Origin: an uncultured Nitrososphaerota archaeon | GTDB lineage: Archaea; Thermoproteota; Nitrososphaeria; Nitrososphaerales; CADDZS01 | DNA length: 64,000 bases | NCBI GenBank assembly: GCA_963799845.1 | Contig: CAWCYI010000006.1 | Location: 1,600,001 to 1,664,000, forward strand | Direction of reading: 5' to 3' | Shown: positions 18,778 through 28,194 of the stretch, piece by piece | Layout: every line of letters begins with the position of its first letter | Numbering within the stretch: position 1 is the stretch's first letter | The notes under the pieces: generated by a model | What the model saw: the letters and a program-made list of their open reading frames with translations, nothing else | Database searches by the model: none | Told to the model about the DNA's origin: nothing | Position numbers and translations under genes: made by a program

Positions 18778-20634
18778 TTGGAGAGGAAATTGTCCAACAG
18801 ACCATTCGTCAAGCGCATCTCGGCAGTTTCACTTGTTGTTGGCGTTCTTGCCATAGCAGTCATAATTCTCATAGCCGTGTTGGGAGCTCTGTCTTACCAG
18901 TACGCTTCAGAAATTTCTTCGACCAGAACCTCTACAACCACAGTAACAGGGACGCCAACGGTCGAATCCACAACTCAAACCGTAGTGACATTTACACCCA
19001 TTCAGGGTACCGTTACGAGCACAGTCACTACAACGCTTACATCCAGCATCTACCAGACGTCGACTAGCACTAGCGTTACTCCAAGTACGCAGATCCTTTC
19101 CTCTCTTAACCAAAGCCACGCATTTCAATTCGTAGATGCCAGCACGATTAATGAAACGGGTGGTTTGGTAGGGATAAACGCCACGTTCAGGAATAATATG
19201 GCAACGTCTCAAGACATCTTGATCGTCGGTGTCGCGTACACGGCGAGCATAGCAAACGAATCTGTATTGGGCGGTGCGATATGCTGCCCAGTTGCTCGGG
19301 GTTATTTTACGAATAATTCGTCTACGGCGACTGCTGGATTGAGCGCAAATGCAGACTCACAGTTTTCCGCAAACCTCGCATTCGATTCACTAAAGGACGG
19401 CGCATATCTCGTCGAACTCTACGTTGCCTCGCTCGATGGGACAGTACAGTCACCCGTCTCGAGCATGTTCCTCGAGGTTTCTTCATCAGGCGGCGCATCT
19501 TGCGGAGGGCAAGAGGGCGCAAGTTCCACCTTCGTCGATCCTGACAACGGAATGATCTATGTAGCCAATTCGGGTATCGACAGCGTGTCAGTGATCAATA
19601 GTTCTACAGGCAGAGTTGTTGCAACCATTTCTCTCCCTGATCTGATCGGGTCGTTTGGCTTTTACACGTACGATCACGACAATGGCGTGCTTTATGTTGG
19701 AAGCGAAGAGTCAAACCTGATCTTCGCGATAAACACTACGACCAATTTTCTTGTCAGTCAGCCAAATCTATCCACGGGATCGATTTTGCTTGATCCTTCA
19801 AACGGCGAAATATTTCAGTTTAGCAACGACCTGATATCAGTAACAAACGGCACGACGGACAGGATAATTGCCAACATAACTGGTATTCAATGGCTTTCGT
19901 ACGACTGGCTTTCTTACGATCCAGTAAACGAAGAGATCTACGTACAAGCTTCCAACTATAGCATCTTCGCGATAAGTGGCAACGACGACAGAATAGCTGC
20001 GGAAATCCAGATGCCGACTAGCGGATACTCGGATCCTCTTTTCGATCAAGATAATGGGTTGTTCTACGCGATTGCGAATGGAAGCGTTCTTGTGATCAAT
20101 TCATCGACGAACAAATTGTTGCCAACTACGATACCGCTTCCAAGTAGTACCGGAATGGGTTACACTCCTGTCCTGTACGATCCTTCAAACAATGAGATCT
20201 ACTTGTACGGGGCGGAACAATTCGAAAACTCATCAGGAAATCCGGATATATTAATTGCGATAGACGGGGCGAATAACAGCGTGGTTGCTACGATTCCAGT
20301 GGCAGGCCTCTTTGCAGGACTGGTCGATGAAAGCCCATCTTTCTTCTACGATTCATCCAACGGCGATCTCTATGCGACGTCTGACCTGAACCTCCAGAAC
20401 GGCACAACGGGATTGCTGCAAATAAGTCAGACGAACAAAATAATTGCGCAAACCGTTTTGCCTCAGTGGCCATTCGGCCAGGAGGTTGGGGGTCTAACTT
20501 TCGATTCAATCAACAATATGGTATATGGAACGACCGGCGGCACAACCGTTTCCGTCTTCTCGATAAACAACCCTGCTACATTGGTCTCCACTATTCAACT
20601 CGGCAATTGCCCGGTTGGTTATCTGCTTCCATGA
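18778..20634 (+). CDS. Membrane-anchored YncE/YVTN-type beta-propeller surface protein
   Basis: N-terminal TM, Thr/Ser linker, repeated DPxNGxIYV...SVIN...VATI. Confidence 0.88.
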   Translation: MERKLSNRPFVKRISAVSLVVGVLAIAVIILIAVLGALSYQYASEISSTRTSTTTVTGTPTVESTTQTVVTFTPIQGTVTSTVTTTLTSSIYQTSTSTSVTPSTQILSSLNQSHAFQFVDASTINETGGLVGINATFRNNMATSQDILIVGVAYTASIANESVLGGAICCPVARGYFTNNSSTATAGLSANADSQFSANLAFDSLKDGAYLVELYVASLDGTVQSPVSSMFLEVSSSGGASCGGQEGASSTFVDPDNGMIYVANSGIDSVSVINSSTGRVVATISLPDLIGSFGFYTYDHDNGVLYVGSEESNLIFAINTTTNFLVSQPNLSTGSILLDPSNGEIFQFSNDLISVTNGTTDRIIANITGIQWLSYDWLSYDPVNEEIYVQASNYSIFAISGNDDRIAAEIQMPTSGYSDPLFDQDNGLFYAIANGSVLVINSSTNKLLPTTIPLPSSTGMGYTPVLYDPSNNEIYLYGAEQFENSSGNPDILIAIDGANNSVVATIPVAGLFAGLVDESPSFFYDSSNGDLYATSDLNLQNGTTGLLQISQTNKIIAQTVLPQWPFGQEVGGLTFDSINNMVYGTTGGTTVSVFSINNPATLVSTIQLGNCPVGYLLP

Positions 20635-20696
20635 TTAAGGTCTGGTAGCATGGAGTCCCGATTTTTCAGCGGAGACATTACCACATCTTCCAGAAG

Positions 20697-20918
20697 GTGA
20701 CCAAGCCTTCGAGCTTCTTGTCGATGGGGAAATTGAAGGCAGTACCTCTTTACGATCTGGCGGCCCGGCAGCTGAATGTGATCGAAACTAAGCAAGAGAC
20801 AAAAATTATTGAAAGAGAAGTGGTGAAGATTCCCTGCAAATACTGCGGAACGCTTGTCGACCCAGTCAGAAATGAAAAGTGCCCGAACTGCGGTGCGCGA
20901 CTTTATTTGAACAGATAG
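20697..20918 (+). pseudogene. Zinc-ribbon C-terminal fragment
   Basis: IIEREVVKIPCKYCG...CPNCGA; 5' part appears missing. Confidence 0.55.
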
Positions 20919-21076
20919 ATTCTCTACAATCTCTCTTTCGGCGTTAATCCCTGGGATCTGCTTAACGTTTTATACGAAAGGGTTTTTCCCTGCGAGTGGG
21001 AATACACCTGGCCCCGTTTTCATGCTAAATCGAGGCTTACTGCGTGGGTGTCGCAACCAAGAAGTAGCTCGTCAAG

Positions 21077-21364
21077 TTGAAACAGACTAAAATTCTAACG
21101 CTCGAGAGATGCAGCTGCGGAGCTTATCGCTACATCCTAGCTCGGGATCAGGACCGAGTTATCACGTTTTACATACAGCACTTGCTAAAGAATTCTGAAA
21201 AACGAGAATCTAAACTCATCCAGTTATTCCGGGTGAAGAAGGCCCTGCTCAATTTCCACGATTCCAGTATAACCAGAGCTAGACATGCGGCTTGCGCGGA
21301 TCCCCGTGAGCATGAAACTCTATCAGAGATCATCGCAGTTATCACGAAATCGAAATCAAAGTAA
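21077..21364 (+). CDS. Hypothetical protein
   Basis: 95-aa TTG ORF. Confidence 0.4.
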   Translation: MKQTKILTLERCSCGAYRYILARDQDRVITFYIQHLLKNSEKRESKLIQLFRVKKALLNFHDSSITRARHAACADPREHETLSEIIAVITKSKSK

Positions 21365-21416
21365 GAATTGTGAGCACACGCCTCTGAAGAAGAATTATCT
21401 GTTCACAGGCGCTCGC

Positions 21417-22343
21417 TCAGGCGGTGGTTGAAGATGTGGACGACGATGTGACTGTGCTACTGCAGTACTGTGGGGAGGAAGTGCTGTTGCTTGTTTGAAG
21501 CAGCATGGAAGGAAGACTGTAACCGGTTGGAGTACGCAAGATATCTGCCGAGATGTAGTCGGTCACGTTCTGAAGATTACCGCAGTACAAGAATAGCTGA
21601 TCTGTAAAATGGTAGAATGCTACGCCCACGTCGAAGGTGTTGTAGCTCGATCCGCAGAAAGAGCCATTCGGATTGGTAAAGTTCTTTCCATTCTCAAGAG
21701 CGATGAACTCTGGGTTTGCCGTCACAAGAGTTTCTAGCTGATAGTTGATTGTACTGTTGAACTCCCTCGGGCATGGAGAAGACGCATTGAAGTTTGGATC
21801 CAAGCAGCAGTAGGGCTGGATACGGACGACCGCCTCGCTCCCTCCGGGCCAATCATAACTTTCCGTGGTGGCATTTCCGTCCGCAAATATAGCTGTCACG
21901 AGGAAGACGTTGCTCACGTTGGTGACTTCGGAGTTGCCATCGAATCCCATGATCGAGTCTCCAGCCAAAAGCGGGAAGGCCGGTGTTGACGCGGCGCTGG
22001 CGGACCATGTCGGTCCCAAGAAGAGGTTGCCAAAGGACATATTGACTCCAGTAATTGGAGTTGAGCCAGTATTGCTAATTACGATGGAAACATTACCGCA
22101 GAGGGAGCAGCCTGAAACTGGTGCAAAAAACAGGCGTACAGAGGAGATGGCGAATCGGTCGCTGCTGTTCAGAATGCCCATGGTCTGATTTACTTTCGAA
22201 GTCAAGGTTGTCGTAGCCGTGGAGTAAACGATTGTTGAGCGGGTCTTGGGAGCTGGAACGCTATTGATTCCCGTAAAGTAGCCAGCAAGGCCGGTTAAGA
22301 CGATCACAACAATAACAGTCGTTGCAAGGATCCAACTTTTCAA
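21417..22343 (-). CDS. Membrane-anchored Ser/Thr/Cys-rich surface protein
   Basis: N-terminal TM, Thr linker, ISNTGSTPI Ig/pilin-like strand, many NxS/T sequons. Confidence 0.8.
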   Translation of the reverse strand: MKSWILATTVIVVIVLTGLAGYFTGINSVPAPKTRSTIVYSTATTTLTSKVNQTMGILNSSDRFAISSVRLFFAPVSGCSLCGNVSIVISNTGSTPITGVNMSFGNLFLGPTWSASAASTPAFPLLAGDSIMGFDGNSEVTNVSNVFLVTAIFADGNATTESYDWPGGSEAVVRIQPYCCLDPNFNASSPCPREFNSTINYQLETLVTANPEFIALENGKNFTNPNGSFCGSSYNTFDVGVAFYHFTDQLFLYCGNLQNVTDYISADILRTPTGYSLPSMLLQTSNSTSSPQYCSSTVTSSSTSSTTA

Positions 22344-22563
22344 TGCTTGCCCGTTCAGTACGAGGGCAGTTCTTTAAAGCTACTTTCCAGAACAGCCTGT
22401 TAAGCAGTTCGATGCTTTTTTCCAACAGTCGTGCCCCCTTGGTACACCTTTCAAGCCATAACGGAAGCAGTCATTTCAACCGTCCAGGAATTCGACGACC
22501 GATCTCTCGGGATTTTAGTAACTTAGGAAATAACCTTGAGTGTTAGTAGTTTTAGCGTATGGT

Positions 22564-22600
22564 CGCCTAGCCTGGTAGGATGGAGAAATTTATCCCGCCT
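22564..22600 (+). repeat. 37-bp direct repeat, copy 1
   Basis: 33/37 identical to 23842-23878. Confidence 0.85.
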
Positions 22601-22684
22601 ACTACTTATGTTATCGACATCTGACGCTGTTCAAACCCAAAAACGGCCTTATTCTGCTCTGTATAAGATAATCCTCCTCAAAAC

Positions 22685-23488
22685 CTACTTAGATGGAGCT
22701 TGGTGACCTGAGGTCGCGTGATTCACGACACTCTCATTTGACTTTTCCTGAGTGACTCCAACGTCTGTGGACGACTTTGGAAGAAACATTGCCCCGATAC
22801 AAGCGAAGGCGAGCACCTTCGAGATGCCGTTCAGGGCGAAGGAGAGAAGAGTGGTCGGAGAAGAAAAGCCATCCAGTGCCCACAGACCCCAAACAAACAT
22901 CATGGCGGCAAACATGTAGACCGCATTTGTCGTTAGAGCGATCCTTCGCGATAAAAGCAGCAAAGATAAGGTCGTGATTCCAATTATGAATATCGGTACG
23001 AGAGATATGATTAGAGAGATAGGCGGTATGTTGAGCGCGCGCGCGTTGAGTGGAATTATGATTAGCACGAACGGCAGTTCGAATAGCATTGCTCCCGCGA
23101 TAAATCCGAGGAAACCGTTTCCGAGAGACAGAGGTCCACCGCGACGAGTCACATAAGCCGCATAACAGAAAGTGCCGACTGCCGAGAGAATCGTTATGGG
23201 AAAAACGGGACCGAGCGCGAGGTTTCCCGCAGCGTTCATCCTGACGAAGAGTAATATGGAAAGAGCCCAAATGACGATCACGATTGCCCCGACATCTTTT
23301 CCCATTTTGGGAAGCTTGATCGGTCGTCCTTTCATTCTCCGCGCCTCCAAAAAGAGTCCCGCACTTATCAGAAATAGGATCAGAGAAAGCTCTATCGCGC
23401 TCAATCCCGTGTAAAGGGCCAGATTGGTGCTCTCTGAGCAAGCGGACCCATAGTTCCAAATATTATTGTTAGCTAATTTAAGAATCAT
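22685..23488 (-). CDS. Multi-pass membrane protein
   Basis: About 7 hydrophobic segments. Confidence 0.8.
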   Translation of the reverse strand: MILKLANNNIWNYGSACSESTNLALYTGLSAIELSLILFLISAGLFLEARRMKGRPIKLPKMGKDVGAIVIVIWALSILLFVRMNAAGNLALGPVFPITILSAVGTFCYAAYVTRRGGPLSLGNGFLGFIAGAMLFELPFVLIIIPLNARALNIPPISLIISLVPIFIIGITTLSLLLLSRRIALTTNAVYMFAAMMFVWGLWALDGFSSPTTLLSFALNGISKVLAFACIGAMFLPKSSTDVGVTQEKSNESVVNHATSGHQAPSK

Positions 23489-23841
23489 GCCGACAAATTG
23501 GTCTTACCACATGGAGACGAATGCATCCTCACAAGAAGTGAAAGTTTTTTCTTCTGTAACCAAAAAGATATTCTTTGACGATCTTGTCCGAGACGAGATA
23601 TGCTTCGTCTCTCCCGTCTGCGGGTGAGTAACACTCTATAGATTGGGTTATTCCCAAGGGGAACTCTGCGTAAATGCAACGAACCTGGATTCACAGCAGA
23701 ACCTCACATTAACCCTCTAAGTTCTTGGCACAAGCAAGAGCACCAACGCTTCCGATCCAACCGTGAGCGATTGCGCTACATTGGGGCTTAACCAATCCTT
23801 ATCTTGAAAAGGGGAAGGAAAAAGTCCTACAAGTTTACGTC

Positions 23842-23878
23842 CGCCGAGCCTGGTAGGAAGGACAAATTTATCCCTCCT
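23842..23878 (+). repeat. 37-bp direct repeat, copy 2
   Basis: CGCCGAGCCTGGTAGGAAGGACAAATTTATCCCTCCT. Confidence 0.85.
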
Positions 23879-24000
23879 CACATGAAAAAAATCAAATCAC
23901 AATATGAATTAGGGCTATTCACATTCCGCCTCACATAGATCACTCCCTCACTTGGCTGGTTAGTTTCTCAGCTTATGGATAATTTGAATGGAAAGCATCC

Positions 24001-24360
24001 TTAAATTTCTCTTTCAATCTGAATGAGATAGATGTCTTTGTCCTTCCATCGTTCGAGCCTGCTGATTCTAACTGCTTTTACACCTGCGTCGAAGAACCTC
24101 GTGTGAGCTCGTACATCTCCAGTAATCAAATCGCAATCATGTTCTAGGCAGTAGAGCGCATTTTCCTTGTCGGTGTTTCTTTGGGGTAATTCGGGATGTT
24201 TGCTCACTTGCAGTACGTTCTGATACGTCTTACGGAGATCGCTCAAGTGCAGATCGCCCCAACCCAAGATGTCTCGGTCCACCACAACTTGTGAAGCCAT
24301 TTCCGTATCGACGTTGTATGATATCAAATAGACTGTACGTAATCTCTTCCTTATTTTCAT
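24001..24360 (-). CDS. PIN-like (DUF5615/Mut7-C-type) protein
   Basis: VVVDRDI...TDKENALYC...LITGD acidic pattern. Confidence 0.6.
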   Translation of the reverse strand: MKIRKRLRTVYLISYNVDTEMASQVVVDRDILGWGDLHLSDLRKTYQNVLQVSKHPELPQRNTDKENALYCLEHDCDLITGDVRAHTRFFDAGVKAVRISRLERWKDKDIYLIQIEREI

Positions 24361-24567
24361 GTCCTAGTGCTTAACTCTGGCAGGGTTTGTCGGATCTTGA
24401 CGACCTTCCTCAGTTCCGCAAATAGGAATGCAACGCCTATCAGAAAGATTGGTAGAGCAACAAAGAGCAACGCGCCAGTAGCAGTGAATTGATAACTCGG
24501 GCTTAATGCGATAGCTGGAGCCAAATAGATTGCAGTGTTCCCGATAGTATATGCGCCCGCGCGCGCG
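24357..24567 (-). pseudogene. 5'-truncated membrane protein
   Basis: Two hydrophobic segments beginning at the (CG)n junction with hsdR. Confidence 0.45.
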
Positions 24568-25590
24568 CTAGAGGGCGGTCGGGACACCCTTGTAGCAATC
24601 GAAGAACCTGAAACTATCCCTTTCTATCAATTCTGCGGGCGTGGCGGTGAGTCCGATTTCTATGGCGTCAAAGTAGGTGAAAACGTCCTTCCACTTGTTG
24701 TAGATTGATCTGTGGCACTCGTCTGAGATTATTAGATCGAAATCTCCCGGAGAAAAGTCCTGATAGCATTCCATGAAGGTTTGGATGGTAGATGCGTAAA
24801 GCCTCGGAGTCTTGTTCACCCTGGCCGAAAACACTTTCTCCTTCAGCTCATTTGGAAAGAAAACCATGTACCCCTTGCTGTAAGCCTGATCGCGCAACGC
24901 AGTCCTGTCGGCAAGGAACAGCACCTTCTGAGCTCTGTTTGCCCTAAGCAAAACGTCGATCAAAGCCATCGCGACTCGGGTCTTTCCAGTTCCCGTCGCC
25001 TGAACTATCAGGAACTTTCTGTTGCCGCGATCTATACCTTCGAGGACCCTCTTGACTGCTTCAATTTGATAGAGCCTGTCAACTATCTCATTTCTGATCG
25101 GCGTCTCGAAGAAATCCTTCTTGAAGTTGTTTTGAAATCTGATCCTTTCAAGCGCATCCCTTGCGTGAAACCCCTTCACCATCCTCGGATTCTCGAATGG
25201 TCTGTTCCAGAACCAAATTTCGTAACCGTTAGTCAGGAAGAGGAAAACATCTTTCCCAGTTTGTTTCTTTATGTCGTCCGAATAATCCTCTGCCTGCTTC
25301 TGCCCTGAAATTGGATCCCTTGATGTTTTCTTTGCTTCTATTATCGCAAGAGGAGAGCCGTTTGAATCCAGTAGAAGATAATCTGCGTAAGCTTTCTCGT
25401 CCGCGTTTGGGTCGTGGAACGTTTCTTTTACAGTCTTGTAAATTCGCTTTTGAAAGTCAGATTGTTTGGTATCGACTTCTATCAGTACTTTTGAAGAGTC
25501 CTCGACGGACCAGCCAGACGCCCTGAGGAGTACATCGATCTTTTCTTTCCTCGTCCTGTACTCCGAAACGGTCGCCATGTGCTCTCGCAC
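24568..25590 (-). pseudogene. hsdR: Type I restriction subunit R, C-terminally truncated
   Basis: ADYLL...IEAKK, FLTNG, RLYQ, ATGTGKT, LFLADR, DECHRSIY, GLTATP; stops at 340 aa; no hsdM/hsdS nearby. Confidence 0.92.
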
Positions 25591-25604
25591 AATGTCCGAA
25601 ATTA

Positions 25605-25811
25605 CTACCTTAAATCACGTTTCTTTCGGTCTGTACCGTGAAAGTGTTTATGATGTCTGTCGCAAAGGATCTGAAGATTAGAGGCATCGTTCGTCCCGCC
25701 CAGAGATAAAGGCACTTTATGATTGATCGTCAGATTCTTTCGGATATCACAAACCTCACACTTGGCTTTCGCGGCCTTTAAGATTGCCCCTACTGACGGC
25801 CTGTTAGACAT
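25605..25811 (-). CDS. Small HNH endonuclease
   Basis: CEVC...INHKVPLSLGGTNDASNLQILCDRHH. Confidence 0.85.
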   Translation of the reverse strand: MSNRPSVGAILKAAKAKCEVCDIRKNLTINHKVPLSLGGTNDASNLQILCDRHHKHFHGTDRKKRDLR

Positions 25812-26439
25812 GTTAAACCCACATCCTAGCAAGAATGTAGGCGGATGAACGTTTTTTGGATTATGATTTCGGGATCCGTTCCACATCTTCTAAACTGTAA
25901 CGCTCGGGTGAAATTCCTGGGTCATTTCAGAGAATTCTGATCGTTCTGATTTTACTGACTATGATGAGGGGATCGCTGTTGATTGTGTCGCAGAACGACC
26001 TCTCATCACCTGCCATTTTTTTCAAAGGGGGCCAAAAAAATCATGGAATCCTGGAACATATATCCACTGTGCCGAAAATACCTCACCTAGGGCACTGCTT
26101 TCGGCGATCTGCCAGCTGCCAGACGCACGATCCTGGCAGATTCGATTTGAGTGCCTTTACATAACGATTCGAGCCTCAAATCAGAGGGTCAGGAACTAAA
26201 ATACAGATGGCTTTCAATCCAGTGTTGCTGGAATTCTGTGGGTTGAGAGCCGACGAGCGAGAGTACGAACGAATCGAACCGGAAATCATCCGCTGCTTAC
26301 AATTCTCAGAAGTGAAGATCAGACGCTGCATATCTTTCATCCAGCAGTTTCCCGTCGAAGGAGAGGTCAGCGTGGAGCTCGAGTTGGAAGCCCACCACAT
26401 CTGACAAACGATCTGATAACTGGAACCAGGTCGCTTCAT

Positions 26440-26673
26440 TTGCTAATCCAAAAATGGGGTCCTCGGACCGCCGAGGGGATAAAGAAGGACCGACTCTTCC
26501 TGATGCTCGTCGATGATCCGCTTTCTAGGCTCGGACGTGATGAGATTGAGATCGCTTTAGTCGTTCTGGATGAGTTTCCCTGTGCTTCAAGAAGTTTTAT
26601 GGAAATGGAAGCAGTAAAGTTAGAGAAAGAACTGGGAATTTTAGACGGAGACTTTAAGCTGGGATTGAGATGA
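26440..26673 (+). CDS. Hypothetical protein
   Basis: 77-aa TTG ORF. Confidence 0.35.
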   Translation: MLIQKWGPRTAEGIKKDRLFLMLVDDPLSRLGRDEIEIALVVLDEFPCASRSFMEMEAVKLEKELGILDGDFKLGLR

Positions 26674-26734
26674 GCGTGAGAACCAAAAAACGCTGCAAAT
26701 CAAATATTGCAAAGAACAACTGAGGCTTTCATTC

Positions 26735-27484
26735 TTATTCTTCTTCGTAAGAATCTTCGTCGACCAGGTCGTCGCCAGACTCATTGGGTGCTAGTTCGGT
26801 CTGGTCATTTTCATCGCCCGGTTTATCATCCGCACCGACCTTCAAATCTCCCTCTGACCAAGAATTCTTCTTCCTTTCAGCCAACACTTTAGAATTTACT
26901 TCTTCGAGATCGAATAAACCGATCTTCCCGAGCATCTGAAACCTCTCCACGTCCTTTTGGGTGATCAGCATCAATCTCCCCGAAGGAAGGGGTAGAGTTC
27001 CCCTCTTATCAACAACGTAGTCGAAAATTGCCTCACAAAGTTTTGCTAGTATTACTTCGGTGAGGGGCGGCTCGTTACCACTTCGGAGCTTCTCCCTGTA
27101 ATCTCGAAGATGCGGGTCGAGCTCTTTTAGGAACGGGTGCTTTTTTTCATCTCCATATCTGATCAGATCACGGGCATTGATTAGAGCTTCGTACTTGCCA
27201 TTTCCCAAGTCGTTGGTCTTGATTTCCCCCGCCATCTGAGTTAGACGAGCTCTCAGTTCTTGGGGAGATTCTTCTTTCTGTGGCGCATTGCGTGCATCAT
27301 CATTACGCGCGGAGCTCTCCAAGTCTTTCCTGAGTAGCGACCGCACGTAATCGCTCGGGCTTCGGAACCCCCGTTTTTGCGCCTCTCTTTGCAGGAGATT
27401 AGCCTCTGCCTCGGGCATATGGATGTAAACGCTCTTTCTTTGATTGTTCGCACTCTCGATCTTAGTTGGTGGCTGAGTTACCAT
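26735..27484 (-). CDS. Ribbon-helix-helix (CopG-like) domain protein with long C-terminus
   Basis: KSVYIHMPEAEANLLQREAQKRGFRSPSDYVRSLLRKDL. Confidence 0.75.
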   Translation of the reverse strand: MVTQPPTKIESANNQRKSVYIHMPEAEANLLQREAQKRGFRSPSDYVRSLLRKDLESSARNDDARNAPQKEESPQELRARLTQMAGEIKTNDLGNGKYEALINARDLIRYGDEKKHPFLKELDPHLRDYREKLRSGNEPPLTEVILAKLCEAIFDYVVDKRGTLPLPSGRLMLITQKDVERFQMLGKIGLFDLEEVNSKVLAERKKNSWSEGDLKVGADDKPGDENDQTELAPNESGDDLVDEDSYEEE

Positions 27485-27491
27485 TTTTTAC

Positions 27492-27785
27492 TTACGCCCT
27501 AATTTCTGGCTGCCAACGAAAAAACGGCTGATCCTTTCTTTGAAGTAGAGCTTCGTGTTCAGCGTCGACATAGTTTGCAACATGGGCTTCTTCTTCGCGT
27601 TGAATTTTCAATATCAATGCTTTCGAGATGTAGCACCGCTTTGTCGTCGTTCTCATTACGTTTTGCTTCTCATCATGGTCGAAATAGATAAACTGCCGAC
27701 TAGAATTTTTTCGCTTGCAGATTCGGCGCTTGCCATATTTCCCGCATTTCGGGCAGAGTCTCTCGATGTTCTGGTTGGACAACAA
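27492..27785 (-). CDS. Zinc-finger protein (plasmid/virus-like)
   Basis: CPKCGKYG...IYFDH...RCYI. Confidence 0.6.
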   Translation of the reverse strand: MLSNQNIERLCPKCGKYGKRRICKRKNSSRQFIYFDHDEKQNVMRTTTKRCYISKALILKIQREEEAHVANYVDAEHEALLQRKDQPFFRWQPEIRA

Positions 27786-28194
27786 TCTGCCATCTTCTCA
27801 AAGGGAGTAATTGACTGCTATATTTGTAAAACACTGACAGAAGGTAGATTCCAAATTAAACTGTCCAGTTTTGCAGTTTTGTTCCAACGTCATCTTGGCG
27901 TTTGTTCGCTTTTCTACCAATAACCCCTTTTATCACATACTCGCGAGATTCCTCGCGCCGAATCATTCGGTTGAACGATCTACTTGATCGATTTGCGAAT
28001 GTCGGGGTGGAGCTTGGGAATGTCTAGGATATGCTGCTTGGAAATGTCGGGCATGTTTTCAAAGCCCGAGACTCTTTCTACTTTCTTCTCAGCCTCGGAT
28101 AAACGCGAATACCACCGTGAATAGCCGTCCAGATCGCGGCCTCGGAACACTGGGTGTTGGCGATTCAAAGTGGAATGGACTACCACTTGGCAAC

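Noticed and set aside
21049-22619. TGTCGCAACC... as a left end pairing with the 22619 terminus
   Set aside because: Poor box match and flanks (GTGGG versus TCTGA) show no TSD
27980-28150. Peptide loosely resembling an archaeal integrase N-terminus
   Set aside because: No catalytic R-H-R-Y residues and the similarity is too vague to support
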